From: Bacteroidales bacterium | Lineage (GTDB): Bacteria; Bacteroidota; Bacteroidia; Bacteroidales; UBA4417 | Assembly (NCBI GenBank): GCA_963677975.1 | Contig: OY782677.1 | Span: 1,409,821 to 1,473,820 of the forward strand | Direction: 5' to 3' | Length of the DNA stretch: 64,000 nt | Shown: piece after piece, positions 27,131-36,513 of the stretch | How positions within the stretch are numbered: position 1 is the stretch's first letter | How the letters are laid out: each line of letters opens with the position of its first letter | Position numbers and translations under genes: made by a program | Notes under the pieces: generated by a model | Database searches by the model: none | Seen by the model: the letters and a program-made list of their open reading frames with translations, nothing else | What the model was told of the DNA's origin: nothing

Positions 27131-27159
27131 AATAAGAGCGGCTATTTGCCGCTCTTATT
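27131..27159. terminator. Bidirectional rho-independent terminator (symporter / frr convergent)
   Basis: 12-bp stem AATAAGAGCGGC / GCCGCTCTTATT with a 5-nt loop, followed by a T-run. Confidence 0.8.
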
Positions 27160-27178
27160 TTTTTTAAACAGTAACCGT

Positions 27179-27742
27179 TTATACAGTCATAATATCTTTT
27201 TCCTTATGCTCGAGAGTTTTATCAACAGCTATGATGAAACCGTCGGTTATATGCTGGATTTCTTTCTCAAGCACTTTGATGTCGTCCTCCGAAACTCCAT
27301 CTTTTTCAAGTTTTTTAGCTTCTTCAACGGCTCCGCGGCGGATATTCCGGATCGCAACTTTTGCTGCTTCAGCCTCTGCCCTGGCTTTTTTTACCAGGTC
27401 GCGGCGGCGTTCCTCGGTAAGAGGTGGAACAGCAATGCGTAATACTTCTCCATTATTCTGCGGATTAAATCCCAGGTTGGCATCCAGTATGGCTTTTGCC
27501 AAAGGGTTAAGCATACTCTTTTCCCAAGGCTGAACAATGATCATTCGGGCGTCAGGAGTATTTATATTGGCGATCTTATCAACCGATGTGGGATTTCCGT
27601 AGTAGTCAACCCGGACACCCTCGAGCATTTGCGGGCTTGCCTTTCCGGTACGGAACTTATGAAATTCCTTTTCAAGATGGGTAACGGCATGCTGCATGCT
27701 TTCCCTGATCTCTTCGACGATAAACTTTGCTTCTTCAGTCAT
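27179..27742 (-). CDS. frr: Ribosome recycling factor
   Basis: 187 aa matching Frr along the whole length (GRASP.ML..V.V.YYG..TP, LNP...G..IR...P.LTEERR..LVK). It lies downstream of pyrH. Confidence 0.95.
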   Translation of the reverse strand: MTEEAKFIVEEIRESMQHAVTHLEKEFHKFRTGKASPQMLEGVRVDYYGNPTSVDKIANINTPDARMIIVQPWEKSMLNPLAKAILDANLGFNPQNNGEVLRIAVPPLTEERRRDLVKKARAEAEAAKVAIRNIRRGAVEEAKKLEKDGVSEDDIKVLEKEIQHITDGFIIAVDKTLEHKEKDIMTV

Positions 27743-27761
27743 GGTTATTCAATTTGTAATG

Positions 27762-27769
27762 CAAAGTTA
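27762..27769 (-). promoter_or_regulatory. Candidate -7 promoter box (TAACTTTG on the minus strand) for frr
   Basis: Matches TAnnTTTG, about 20 nt upstream of the frr ATG. Confidence 0.4.
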
Positions 27770-27820
27770 AAAATTGTAATGAAATATTTTTGGAAGGAAA
27801 CAAAAAAGTGCAATAATAAT

Positions 27821-27855
27821 GAGGGGTTGAGGATTAGGGATAGCGTTTTGGTGTT
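27821..27855. repeat. 7-bp periodic G-rich tract (GAGGGGT TGAGGAT TAGGGAT AGCGTTT TGGTGTT)
   Basis: Read directly in steps of 7. It is an imperfect inverted complement of the tract at 27994-28042. Confidence 0.7.
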
Positions 27856-27993
27856 TAAAACCACATATTTTTATGGTTGATCATTAAATGATTGGAATGG
27901 ACTCAGGCATTTTACCTAAAGCCAGTTTACGGTTCAACAGGAATTTTTGAATTAGAAGGTAAGATAGCAAAACCTAAAACTCTGCTAATCATT

Positions 27994-28042
27994 AATCCGC
28001 TTCCCAACCCCTAATCCCTGAATCCTAATCCCTAAACCCTGA
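27994..28042. repeat. 7-unit heptamer array (TCCCTAA-like; TTAGGGA-like on the minus strand) overlapping the pyrH stop codon
   Basis: AATCCGC TTCCCAA CCCCTAA TCCCTGA ATCCTAA TCCCTAA ACCCTGA. The pyrH stop is the complement of 28032-28034, so the array runs 11 nt into the coding sequence. Confidence 0.85.
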
Positions 28043-28739
28043 TTAAGGTGCCGCATTGTTCTCCATTCAGTATCATCTGAAGATTCCCGGCTTTATGGAC
28101 ATCAAAAACGATTACCGGCAGGTTGTTTTCGCTGCATAACGTAAAAGCAGTCATATCCATGATATTCAATCCTTTACTGTAAGCTTCGTCAAAAGTAATT
28201 GTATCAAATTTGGTTGCACTCGGGTCCTTTTCAGGATCGGCAGTGTAGACGCCGTCTACCCGGGTTCCTTTAAGCAGTACGTCGGCATGTATTTCCACTC
28301 CGCGCAAAGCAGCTGCCGAATCGGTTGTGAAGAAAGGATTCCCGGTTCCACCTGCCAGTATAACAACATCTCCGTTTTCGAGGCTGCTTATAGCTTTTGG
28401 CCCGCTAACCCTCTCGGCAACAGGATCTACTGCAAGACCTGAAAGTACTTTCGACTTTACTCCAACGCTTTGAAGAGCCGATTGCAATGCCAGACTGTTG
28501 ATAACTGTTGCCAGCATTCCCATATAATCGCCCTGAACGCGGTCGGTTCCGATATTGTTCCCTTTCAGTCCGCGGAAAATATTGCCGCCTCCGAGTACTA
28601 CTGCTACCTGGGTTCCGAGGGTTACAGCATTTTTGATTTCAGCCGCATAAAGTGCAAGCATTGCCGTATCAAAACCCTGGCCGGACGTTCCGGCAAGTGA
28701 TTCGCCGCTGAGTTTGAGTAAGATGCGATTGTATTTCAT
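28032..28739 (-). CDS. pyrH: UMP kinase
   Basis: 235 aa matching PyrH along the whole length (RILLKLSGE.L, VVLGGGNIFRG, amino acid kinase fold). It forms the classic pyrH-frr pair. Confidence 0.95.
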   Translation of the reverse strand: MKYNRILLKLSGESLAGTSGQGFDTAMLALYAAEIKNAVTLGTQVAVVLGGGNIFRGLKGNNIGTDRVQGDYMGMLATVINSLALQSALQSVGVKSKVLSGLAVDPVAERVSGPKAISSLENGDVVILAGGTGNPFFTTDSAAALRGVEIHADVLLKGTRVDGVYTADPEKDPSATKFDTITFDEAYSKGLNIMDMTAFTLCSENNLPVIVFDVHKAGNLQMILNGEQCGTLIRV

Positions 28740-28845
28740 ATTAAAAAATTATCGTTCAACTGCTTGATTCTAAAGGGGGTCAAATTCCAATATGAGTTCC
28801 CGGATTACCATTCTTTCTAATGCGAATGTAATACATTTGGAATTG

Positions 28846-30849
28846 TTACCGGGAAATTACCAAAACTTTGGTTTTAATTTCCTGAGCCTGTTTTAACCTG
28901 TAAAAGTACGTACCTGCCGGTAGGCCTGATAAATCGACATTTACAATGTTCAACCCGCTTTTGAAATTTGCCGAAGCAATTGTAAGGATCTTCCTGCCAA
29001 ATAAGTCGCATAAATCAATTTCCGCCATTCCTCCTTTGCAGAGGTTGAAAGGAATGCTGGTGAGCCCGGTTACAGGATTAGGGAAATTCTGTCCCAAAAA
29101 GATATTCCCGGAAATGCCTTTATCTTTAAGTCCCACTGATAAGTCGGAAGAGTTCACATTGATGCACCAACCCTGCAGCATTCCTGGCTGGTTTACTGCA
29201 TCATCCTGTATCTTCAGGATCCATTTGCCGTGAACGTTTTTACCATCGTATGAACTCAGGGGTTGTTCTGGTTTGTAACTACCGGTAAAAGAAGCACTAC
29301 CGTTGTTTATAGGAATCAAAGCTTCGTCATCGAAAGTGGTATTTATGAAATCTGAGCCGGTGCCTCCGTTGTCGGAACTCAGGTCGATGGTTGTTCCATC
29401 AGGACCAATAAGACTTACATTCAATGTTGAAATCCTGTCATGATCGATATTCAGGGTTACATTAATATCATCAATTCCACCGCTAAAGTTAACATCAATT
29501 GTATCGTAAACGGTGGAGAAAACAGGAATGGATTTTGGAACCGAATTCGAACACAATGAAAATATGAAATCAGGTGCAACCATGTATGTGTAATTTGCTG
29601 AAGGGGCCGTTGATCCGGGTGGATTAGTCCCTTTCCCTCCTCGCGGAAGTGTTTCAATAATGATTCCAGCCTCATCCTGAACCGCAAAATAATAATTTAC
29701 AATTGTTCCTAATACCTGTGCGGGAATATGAAAAGTATACGAATTCCCGCTGATCCCATCGGCATGCAACACCTGGTAATTGCCTCCGTTGAGGCTGAAA
29801 TACAGGCAGGGTTCATTATTGCCGGTTCCTGTCGGGCGTGGAGATATTACTGCTAGTATAGCTGATTGTTCACCGGTTCCAGTCAATGGAGTCAGGGGCT
29901 GATGCTGAAGCTCCATTCTGCAGTTCCACCCCAGACTCGCCAAACCGGCAACCGATGCCTGCACCATGCGTTTGAAGAAAGCGGGGTTTGTGTTGCTGAC
30001 TTTATCTAGCGGGGTATGATAATATGGATTGAAATCGCCGGGATATTCCTCAATGGCAAGCAGCGCAGGGTAATTGTGATGCCAGAATGATGCATGGTCG
30101 CTGGCTTCAATATTAATATATGTCCATGTAAATTCCGGTGTGTATATTTTCATGACATCCTGGTAATCATTTGTTAATGAATGCGATAGCGGGTTTGTCC
30201 CAAGAGTAATTTTATAATCGTTGTTCGAATCCCACGCAATCATATCGAAATTTAAAACTCCCATGATCTGTTTGCCCGCTAATGCAGCGCTGTCAGCGTA
30301 TGCCCCACTTCCGAAAAGCCCTATTTCCTCTTCGTCCCAGATTGCAAATTCAATCGTATATTCCGATGGTAAACCTGATAACAGACGGGCGGCTTCCATC
30401 ACCGCAACCACCCCTGACGCATTATCATCAGCTCCCGGTGCCAAGGCGGCCGGTGGCATATTGTCGTAATGAGCGCAGATTAAATATTTTTTATCAGGGA
30501 ACTTTGTGCCTGTTTTCCATGCCAGTACATTGCGCCCGGTAAGGCTGTAATCCTGGTAACGAGCCTGGTAGCCATATTCCAGAAACTTCTCCAATACGAA
30601 CTGTGCCGCAATATTCTGAATATCGTTGTAAAGGTAGTTGCGTGTTGTGATGGTTTGTGTTACGCCTCCTGCCACAACTGTAGTATCACCCGAAAGCTGC
30701 CTGTTGCGCAAACCAACTGTCGATTCGGTTGCAAGGCTGATTAAAGAATCAATAGCAGGACTGTATGCAATTGCTGTTTGAGCCTGTATCTTTCCGGGTA
30801 ACTGGAAAAATAGTACAAGCATTGGAATAATGAAAGCTGCTCTTTTCAT
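28846..30849 (-). CDS. Secreted M28 family aminopeptidase with a proprotein-convertase P-domain and T9SS C-terminal sorting domain
   Basis: 667 aa with a signal peptide and M28 zinc-ligand context (HYDN...GADDNASG...DEEE.GL.GS). The P-domain-like segment is GKWILKIQDDAVNQPGMLQGWCINV. The C-terminal T9SS tail is FPNPVTGLTSIPF...GTYFYRLKQAQEIKTKVLVISR. Confidence 0.8.
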   Translation of the reverse strand: MKRAAFIIPMLVLFFQLPGKIQAQTAIAYSPAIDSLISLATESTVGLRNRQLSGDTTVVAGGVTQTITTRNYLYNDIQNIAAQFVLEKFLEYGYQARYQDYSLTGRNVLAWKTGTKFPDKKYLICAHYDNMPPAALAPGADDNASGVVAVMEAARLLSGLPSEYTIEFAIWDEEEIGLFGSGAYADSAALAGKQIMGVLNFDMIAWDSNNDYKITLGTNPLSHSLTNDYQDVMKIYTPEFTWTYINIEASDHASFWHHNYPALLAIEEYPGDFNPYYHTPLDKVSNTNPAFFKRMVQASVAGLASLGWNCRMELQHQPLTPLTGTGEQSAILAVISPRPTGTGNNEPCLYFSLNGGNYQVLHADGISGNSYTFHIPAQVLGTIVNYYFAVQDEAGIIIETLPRGGKGTNPPGSTAPSANYTYMVAPDFIFSLCSNSVPKSIPVFSTVYDTIDVNFSGGIDDINVTLNIDHDRISTLNVSLIGPDGTTIDLSSDNGGTGSDFINTTFDDEALIPINNGSASFTGSYKPEQPLSSYDGKNVHGKWILKIQDDAVNQPGMLQGWCINVNSSDLSVGLKDKGISGNIFLGQNFPNPVTGLTSIPFNLCKGGMAEIDLCDLFGRKILTIASANFKSGLNIVNVDLSGLPAGTYFYRLKQAQEIKTKVLVISR

Positions 30850-30914
30850 TCGGCAATTGTTATAATTAGGGCAACAGAAATCTTAGCCTGTATTATACCA
30901 TTTCCTTAAACTGG

Positions 30915-32246
30915 TTATTCCTCTTTTCCGTGACAGGCTTTGTATTTCTTACCACTTCCACAGGGGCAGGGATCATTCCGTCCAACCTTCTTCTCAACCT
31001 TAACAGGCCCGGTAACAGTCGATTCGCTTGTGCGCTGGCTGAGGATATCGTTGCGGTCTTCACGCAAACGGCTGTGATCGGTGCGCTGCGGCTGATGCAC
31101 TTCTTTTACCTGTTCCGCCTGCTGGGCCGGAAGGTTAGCTCTTGAAAGGAAACCAATTATATCTTTGTTCACTTTCTGCAGCATGGTCTTAAACAGGTTG
31201 AACGATTCCAGTTTGTATATCAGTAAAGGATCTTTCTGCTCGTAACTTGCCGACTGCACACTCTGGCGGAGTTCGTCCATTTCGCGAAGGTGTTCCTTCC
31301 ATGCATCGTCAATTACTCCAAGGGTTATTCCCTTTTCGATAGCCAGCGATACTTCCATCCCTTTATCCTCGTATGCTCTCTTAAGGTTTGCAGCTACCTG
31401 CATCGATTTGATTCCATCAGTAATAGGAATAGCTATAAACAGGTAATGAGGATGATTTTCGTACACGTCTTTTATGACCGGGAATGATAATTCGGCTATG
31501 CGCTTCGATTTTGTCCGGTAATTCTGGTAGATATGGCGGAACAACTCGTCGGAGAGTTTATCTTTATTGCCCGACATAAAGTCTTTTTCCTCAAACGGGC
31601 ATTCGGCGGCAAAGGTTGTGAGCAGCTCGAGTTTAAACCCTTCGAAATCGCCGTTCTCCTGGTAATCGGTAACATAGTTTTCGCCCAGGTCATAAATCAT
31701 ATTTGAAATGTCGAGTGCAAGGCGTTCGCCATAAAGGGCCTGGCGCCGTTTGCTGTAAATCACTTCACGCTGGGCATTCATAACGTCGTCATACTCAAGC
31801 AAACGTTTACGTATCCCAAAGTTGTTTTCTTCAACTTTCTTTTGGGCCCGTTCGATGCTTTTGGTAATCATCCGGTGCTGGATCACTTCGCCTTCTTTGA
31901 GGCCGAGGCGGTCCATAATACCGGCAATACTTTCGGAACCAAACATACGCATGAGATCGTCCTCAAGCGATACAAAGAACTGCGAACTACCCGGGTCACC
32001 CTGGCGTCCGGCACGTCCGCGTAACTGGCGGTCGACGCGCCTTGATTCGTGGCGTTCGGTACCTATAATAGCCAAACCACCGGCTTCCTTTACACCAGGA
32101 CCCAGTTTGATGTCGGTACCACGGCCGGCCATATTGGTGGCAATGGTAACTGTACGGGCCAAACCGGCTTCGGCAACAATCTGAGCTTCACGCTGGTGCA
32201 GCTTGGCATTGAGCACATTATGAGGAATACGGTCGCGGGTAAGCAT
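30915..32246 (-). CDS. secA: Preprotein translocase SecA, C-terminal fragment (second half of NBD2, HSD/HWD, C-terminal zinc-binding tail)
   Basis: 443 aa containing [30 protein letters not shown] and the terminal [18 protein letters not shown] motif. A 1-nt frameshift separates it from the N-terminal fragment. Confidence 0.9.
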   Translation of the reverse strand: MLTRDRIPHNVLNAKLHQREAQIVAEAGLARTVTIATNMAGRGTDIKLGPGVKEAGGLAIIGTERHESRRVDRQLRGRAGRQGDPGSSQFFVSLEDDLMRMFGSESIAGIMDRLGLKEGEVIQHRMITKSIERAQKKVEENNFGIRKRLLEYDDVMNAQREVIYSKRRQALYGERLALDISNMIYDLGENYVTDYQENGDFEGFKLELLTTFAAECPFEEKDFMSGNKDKLSDELFRHIYQNYRTKSKRIAELSFPVIKDVYENHPHYLFIAIPITDGIKSMQVAANLKRAYEDKGMEVSLAIEKGITLGVIDDAWKEHLREMDELRQSVQSASYEQKDPLLIYKLESFNLFKTMLQKVNKDIIGFLSRANLPAQQAEQVKEVHQPQRTDHSRLREDRNDILSQRTSESTVTGPVKVEKKVGRNDPCPCGSGKKYKACHGKEE

Positions 32247-32251
32247 ACGGC

Positions 32252-34216
32252 TCAGTAATTCCGAATTTCAACCGAAGTAGTACCTACCAAAACCGGGCGG
32301 CCCTTCTCGATCAGCGATTTAATTTCGAGAATAACTGCATTGAATTTTTCGCGTTTTGTTTTATAAACAAGGTCTTCCTGGTCGGCACGCACAACAGGGC
32401 GATTGGTAGGTATTACCACAACATCCAGTTTGTAGATATCCCAGAATTCACCGGCTTCGGTTTCGGCAGTACCCGTCATACCGGCAAGTTTACGGTACAT
32501 ACGGAAATAATTCTGCAGTGTAACCGTAGCGTAGGTCTGTGTGGCTGCTTCAATTTTTACATTTTCCTTTGCTTCGATAGCCTGGTGCAAGCCATCGCTG
32601 TAACGCCGGCCTTCGAGTATACGCCCGGTTTGTTCATCAACGATTTTTACCTTGTTATCCATTACCACGTATTCAACATCCTTTTCGAACAAGGCGTACG
32701 CTTTAAGGAGTTGGTTCACAGTATGAATACGTTCCGATTTAACTGAATAATCGCGAAGCAGGTCGGCTTTCAGTTCAAGTTTCTCTTTATCAGGCAGTTG
32801 CCTACGTTCCATTTCGGCTATCTCGGCCCCGACATCAGGAAGTATATAAAATTTCGGATCGTCGTACGACTTGGTTATCAGGTCGATACCTTTATCCGTA
32901 AGCTCAATGGAGTTGTTTTTTTCGTCAATAACAAAAAACAGCTCGTCATCAATGATATGCATGTTTTTTGATTGCTCCTGCATGTAGAAATTTTCGGTCT
33001 TCAGCAGTATGGCTTTTATGCCCGGTTCACTGAGGTATTTGATCAGGGCCTTGTTTTTGGGCAAACCGCGGAAAGAACGAAGCAATGCTTCTCCTCCTTT
33101 TCTCTCAATTTCCGAAGGCATTTTGCCTTCATCATTAAAAACCAGCTGGTTTTTTGCTTCAGAAAGCAGCTTGGTAACGAGGTTACGCTGCTCGATGTAA
33201 AGGCGTGATATTTCGGGTTTCAGGGCTTCAAATTCCTGGTTTTCACCTCGTGGAGTCGGCCCTGAAATAATCAAAGGTGTACGAGCATCGTCAATCAGCA
33301 CGGAGTCGACCTCATCAACAATTGCATAGTTATGCGGGCGTTGAACCAGTTCGTCCGGGTTACGTGCCATATTGTCACGCAGGTAGTCGAAACCAAACTC
33401 ATTATTGGTTCCGTAAGTGATATCAGCAAGGTAAGCTGAGCGGCGTTCCTGCGAGTTGGGTTCGTGCCTGTCGATACAGTCGACCCTCAAACCGTGAAAT
33501 TCGAATAAAACACCCATCCATTCCGAGTCGCGTTTGGCCAGGTAATCGTTAACGGTTACAACGTGAACTCCTTTACCCGGCAGGGAATTGAGGTAGATAG
33601 GCAGCGTAGCCACAAGGGTTTTACCTTCACCTGTGCCCATTTCGGAAATTTTTCCCGAATGCAGTACTATACCCCCGATAAGCTGTACATCATAATGCAC
33701 CATATCCCAGGTAATCATGTTGCCCCCGGCCATCCAGCGGTTGTCCCAGAATGCCTTTTCACCGACAATGTTCACACTGTCCTTGCGGGCTGCCTGGTCG
33801 CGGTCGAACTGGGTAGCGGTTACTTCCAGGGTTTCGTTCTGTAAAAAACGACGTCCGGTTTCCTTCACAACTGCGAAGGCTGCAGGAAGTATTTCGAGAA
33901 GTGTTTCCTGTGTTTTGCGGTACTCTTCTTTATCAAGGGCATCAATTCGTTTATACAGGTCTTCTTTTTCTTCAATATCAATATCAAAATCGATTTCGAT
34001 ACGGGCTTTGATGGCATCAATTTCATCACGTTCAGCCTGCACGGCATCGGCAATCTTTTGCTTGAATGATAAAGTCATGGCACGGAGGCCGTCGTTATCG
34101 AGGGATTGCAGTTTTTCGAATTCGGCTTTGGCTTTTTCAACCAAAGGCATTATGTTTTTTATATCACGGTCGGATTTGGTACCGCCCGAAATCATTTTCA
34201 GAAAGGAGTTAAGCAT
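32252..34216 (-). CDS. secA: Preprotein translocase SecA, N-terminal fragment (NBD1, PPXD, first half of NBD2)
   Basis: 654 aa containing the Walker A context MGTGEGKT and the [18 protein letters not shown] motif. It ends prematurely at ...[12 protein letters not shown]. Confidence 0.9.
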   Translation of the reverse strand: MLNSFLKMISGGTKSDRDIKNIMPLVEKAKAEFEKLQSLDNDGLRAMTLSFKQKIADAVQAERDEIDAIKARIEIDFDIDIEEKEDLYKRIDALDKEEYRKTQETLLEILPAAFAVVKETGRRFLQNETLEVTATQFDRDQAARKDSVNIVGEKAFWDNRWMAGGNMITWDMVHYDVQLIGGIVLHSGKISEMGTGEGKTLVATLPIYLNSLPGKGVHVVTVNDYLAKRDSEWMGVLFEFHGLRVDCIDRHEPNSQERRSAYLADITYGTNNEFGFDYLRDNMARNPDELVQRPHNYAIVDEVDSVLIDDARTPLIISGPTPRGENQEFEALKPEISRLYIEQRNLVTKLLSEAKNQLVFNDEGKMPSEIERKGGEALLRSFRGLPKNKALIKYLSEPGIKAILLKTENFYMQEQSKNMHIIDDELFFVIDEKNNSIELTDKGIDLITKSYDDPKFYILPDVGAEIAEMERRQLPDKEKLELKADLLRDYSVKSERIHTVNQLLKAYALFEKDVEYVVMDNKVKIVDEQTGRILEGRRYSDGLHQAIEAKENVKIEAATQTYATVTLQNYFRMYRKLAGMTGTAETEAGEFWDIYKLDVVVIPTNRPVVRADQEDLVYKTKREKFNAVILEIKSLIEKGRPVLVGTTSVEIRNY

Positions 34217-34261
34217 TTTTCAGAATAGTTAAGCGAACATGAATCAGTTCAATCAAACATG

Positions 34262-34269
34262 CAAAGATA
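34262..34269 (-). promoter_or_regulatory. Candidate -7 promoter box (TATCTTTG on the minus strand) for secA
   Basis: Matches TAnnTTTG, about 46 nt upstream of the secA ATG. Confidence 0.35.
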
Positions 34270-34373
34270 ATGTATTCCTGCTAAAGGCAATCAATGCGAT
34301 TACCGGCAGTAAACGTGAAAAGCAAAGCAAATACCGTACAAAAATGAATTCAGCACTTTTTTAGCGACAAAGT

Positions 34374-34447
34374 GGCAGGAAGGATTGAGGAGATTGAGGG
34401 AATTGATGAGTTTGAAAAGTTCAGGGGTTCAAAGGTTGAGCGATGCG
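34374..34447. repeat. C-poor low-complexity tract with a roughly 8-bp period (GATTGAG / GGTTCAA words)
   Basis: GGATTGAG GAGATTGAG GGAATTGATGAG ... GTTCAGGG GTTCAAAG GTTGAG. It shares words with the tracts at 8631-8700 and 27821-27841. Confidence 0.65.
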
Positions 34448-34606
34448 AAATCCCCTAACAGCGGGATTCAAAGTTTTAAAATTGATGCCGATTAATTTAA
34501 GATATAACTTTCTGCGTGCTGAACCCGCGGCTTCGCCCCTCGCCAGATTGCTTTGTCATTTTGATGATGATGCATAAAATTAGCAATTACAAAATCCCAA
34601 TAACTG

Positions 34607-34639
34607 AATCGGGGCACTGGTTCTGCCAGTGCCCCGATT
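34607..34639 (-). terminator. Strong hairpin just downstream of the DUF2795 gene (probable terminator)
   Basis: 14-bp perfect stem AATCGGGGCACTGG / CCAGTGCCCCGATT with a 5-nt loop, 9 nt beyond the stop at 34648. The downstream U-tract is poor, so intrinsic termination is not certain. Confidence 0.55.
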
Positions 34640-34647
34640 GTTGTTTG

Positions 34648-34869
34648 TTAATATTCGTCTTCGTGAAAGAAGAAATCCTCTTTCGAAGGATAGTCTGGCC
34701 AGAGATCTTCGATGCTTTCGTAAATCTCACCTTCATCTTCCAGTTCCTGGAGGTTCTCAACCACTTCCATTGGAGCTCCCGAGCGAACACAGTAATCGAG
34801 AAGCTCTTCTTTTGTAGCCGGCCAGGGGGCATCCTCAAGTTTTGAGGCTAATTCTAACGTCCAGTACAT
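34648..34869 (-). CDS. DUF2795 domain-containing small acidic protein
   Basis: 73 aa. The PWPATKEELLDYCVRSGAP.EVVENLQEL pattern matches my recollection of the DUF2795 family. Confidence 0.7.
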   Translation of the reverse strand: MYWTLELASKLEDAPWPATKEELLDYCVRSGAPMEVVENLQELEDEGEIYESIEDLWPDYPSKEDFFFHEDEY

Positions 34870-35027
34870 ATGATAATATGTTGATTAATTTTTTTGCAAA
34901 AATAATCTATTCAAAGTCAAAGTCAATAGGTTGTTCAAATTTGTCAATAACTTATTTAAAATTAGGCATTTCACTGAAAAATATAGGCTGAATAGAGGCT
35001 TGTTTTAGCATTCAGTCTTTGATTTAA

Positions 35028-35597
35028 CTACTGCGAAACGTCAGGTTTCCACGGAAGATCAGGAATATTATTTATAAATGCAATTTCTCTTGCCAGAACA
35101 AAAAGGTAATCCGAAAGACGGTTGATATATTTGACCAGGATTTCATCTACTTTGGTTTCGATGGCTAATTTTACGATTATTCGTTCTCCTCTCCGACAAA
35201 CAGTGCGGCACACATGACATAATGATACAAGGGGATGCCCGCCGGGCAGTATAAAAGAACTGATAGCCGGCAAATGCAGGTTCATTGTATCTATTTCCTG
35301 TTCAAGCATAAATACATCTGGCTCTGTAAGAAAAGGAAGCGGCCTGCTGAGCGTCTTGCCTGGGTCGGTGGCCAGAAGCGATTCGGCTGTAAACAGGTTT
35401 TCCTGGATTTTCAGTAAAACTTCACGCAAATGCTCATCATTCAACTGGTCGCGAAGGTTCCCGATAAAAGAGTTCAGCTCATCGAGCGTTCCATATGCTT
35501 CGATACGATCGTTATATTTGGGAACACGTGTACCTCCGATAAGTGATGTTTCGCCCTTATCGCCGGTTTTGGTATAAATTTTCCATTCTTTTTCCAT
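35028..35597 (-). CDS. ATP:cob(I)alamin adenosyltransferase, PduO type
   Basis: The ORF track gives 35028-35624, and the likely start is the ATG at 35597 (MEKEWKIYTKTGDKGETSL). The hallmark motifs are KIYTKTGD.G.TSL and RR.ER. Confidence 0.85.
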   Translation of the reverse strand: MEKEWKIYTKTGDKGETSLIGGTRVPKYNDRIEAYGTLDELNSFIGNLRDQLNDEHLREVLLKIQENLFTAESLLATDPGKTLSRPLPFLTEPDVFMLEQEIDTMNLHLPAISSFILPGGHPLVSLCHVCRTVCRRGERIIVKLAIETKVDEILVKYINRLSDYLFVLAREIAFINNIPDLPWKPDVSQ

Positions 35598-35682
35598 CTT
35601 CTGCAATCCTTTTGCAAAAAGCAATAACGGATCAGTTATATGCCTTAAACATGTTTAGGGAACATAAACAACTAAACAGGCC

Positions 35683-36408
35683 CTAATTGTTCAATGATTG
35701 CTGTGATGTTATGATATCCGTATTCAGATAATCGGCCGAAACTTGTCCATCCATAAGGCGAATGATGCGGTGTGCATGTCGGGCGATATCTTCTTCGTGG
35801 GTGACCAGGATAATAGTATTGCCGGCGTTGTGAATCTGCTCGAGTACACCCATTATTTCGTACGATGTGGTCGAATCGAGGTTACCGGTGGGTTCATCGG
35901 CAAGAATAATGGAAGGTTTATTTACCAATGCCCTGGCTATAGCTACCCGCTGGCGCTGACCTCCCGAAAGTTCGTTGGGTTTGTGATGTGCCCTGTCCGT
36001 AAGCCCTACACTGGCAATTACATCGGTAGCACGCTCGAGCCTTGCCGATTTTGAATAACCGGCATAAATCTGCGGAAGCATTACATTTTCAAGTGCGGTG
36101 CTACGCGGTAGCAGGTTAAATGTCTGAAAAACAAAGCCTATTTCCTTGTTGCGAATCCGTGCTAATTCGTTGTCGTTCAGTTTGCTTACGTCCTGGTTAT
36201 TCAGAATATACTCGCCACTGGTCGGAGTGTCGAGACATCCGAGCAAGTTCATTAAAGTAGATTTTCCTGAACCTGAAGGACCCATAAGGGCTACGAACTC
36301 GTTTTTATAAATTGAAAGTGATACCGAGCGAAGTGCCCTCACCAATTCGGTTCCGACTTTGTAGGTTCTTGTTATATCGGTCAAACGTATTATTTCCTGC
36401 TTACTCAT
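35683..36408 (-). CDS. ABC transporter ATP-binding protein (MacB/LolD-like subfamily)
   Basis: 241 aa with Walker [10 protein letters not shown], signature LSGGQRQR and Walker [12 protein letters not shown]. No permease gene is adjacent. Confidence 0.85.
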   Translation of the reverse strand: MSKQEIIRLTDITRTYKVGTELVRALRSVSLSIYKNEFVALMGPSGSGKSTLMNLLGCLDTPTSGEYILNNQDVSKLNDNELARIRNKEIGFVFQTFNLLPRSTALENVMLPQIYAGYSKSARLERATDVIASVGLTDRAHHKPNELSGGQRQRVAIARALVNKPSIILADEPTGNLDSTTSYEIMGVLEQIHNAGNTIILVTHEEDIARHAHRIIRLMDGQVSADYLNTDIITSQQSLNN

Positions 36409-36513
36409 ATTAAAAGAGATTGAATAACAAAAGTAATTGTTTTTGCGATGAGATGATTTGAAAATATAAAAATCAAATGAAAAAGCAGTTAAAAACTCTT
36501 ATTGCCGTAAAAT

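Noticed and set aside
27994-28042. TTAGGG-type repeats, considered as telomere or linear-replicon end sequence.
   Set aside because: There are only seven degenerate units. They are embedded between the housekeeping genes pyrH and frr and partly lie inside the pyrH coding sequence. Nothing suggests a replicon end.
32255-32267. Programmed -1 ribosomal frameshifting as the explanation for the split secA.
   Set aside because: The window in which both frames are open contains no X XXY YYZ slippery heptamer. A tRNA-Ile on AUU would have to re-pair on AAU. No stimulatory hairpin is obvious immediately downstream. An indel, either real or an assembly error, is the simpler explanation.
33717-34232. 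A 171-aa plus-strand ORF antisense to the 5' part of secA. Similar nested ORFs occur in sucA (e.g. 10199-10693, 9083-9598), glnN (52242-52700), GH92 (23395-23838), metK (20583-20969) and elsewhere.
   Set aside because: All are nested antisense or out of frame within strongly supported long genes. All have Ser/Arg/Leu-rich shadow composition and none has a recognisable motif.
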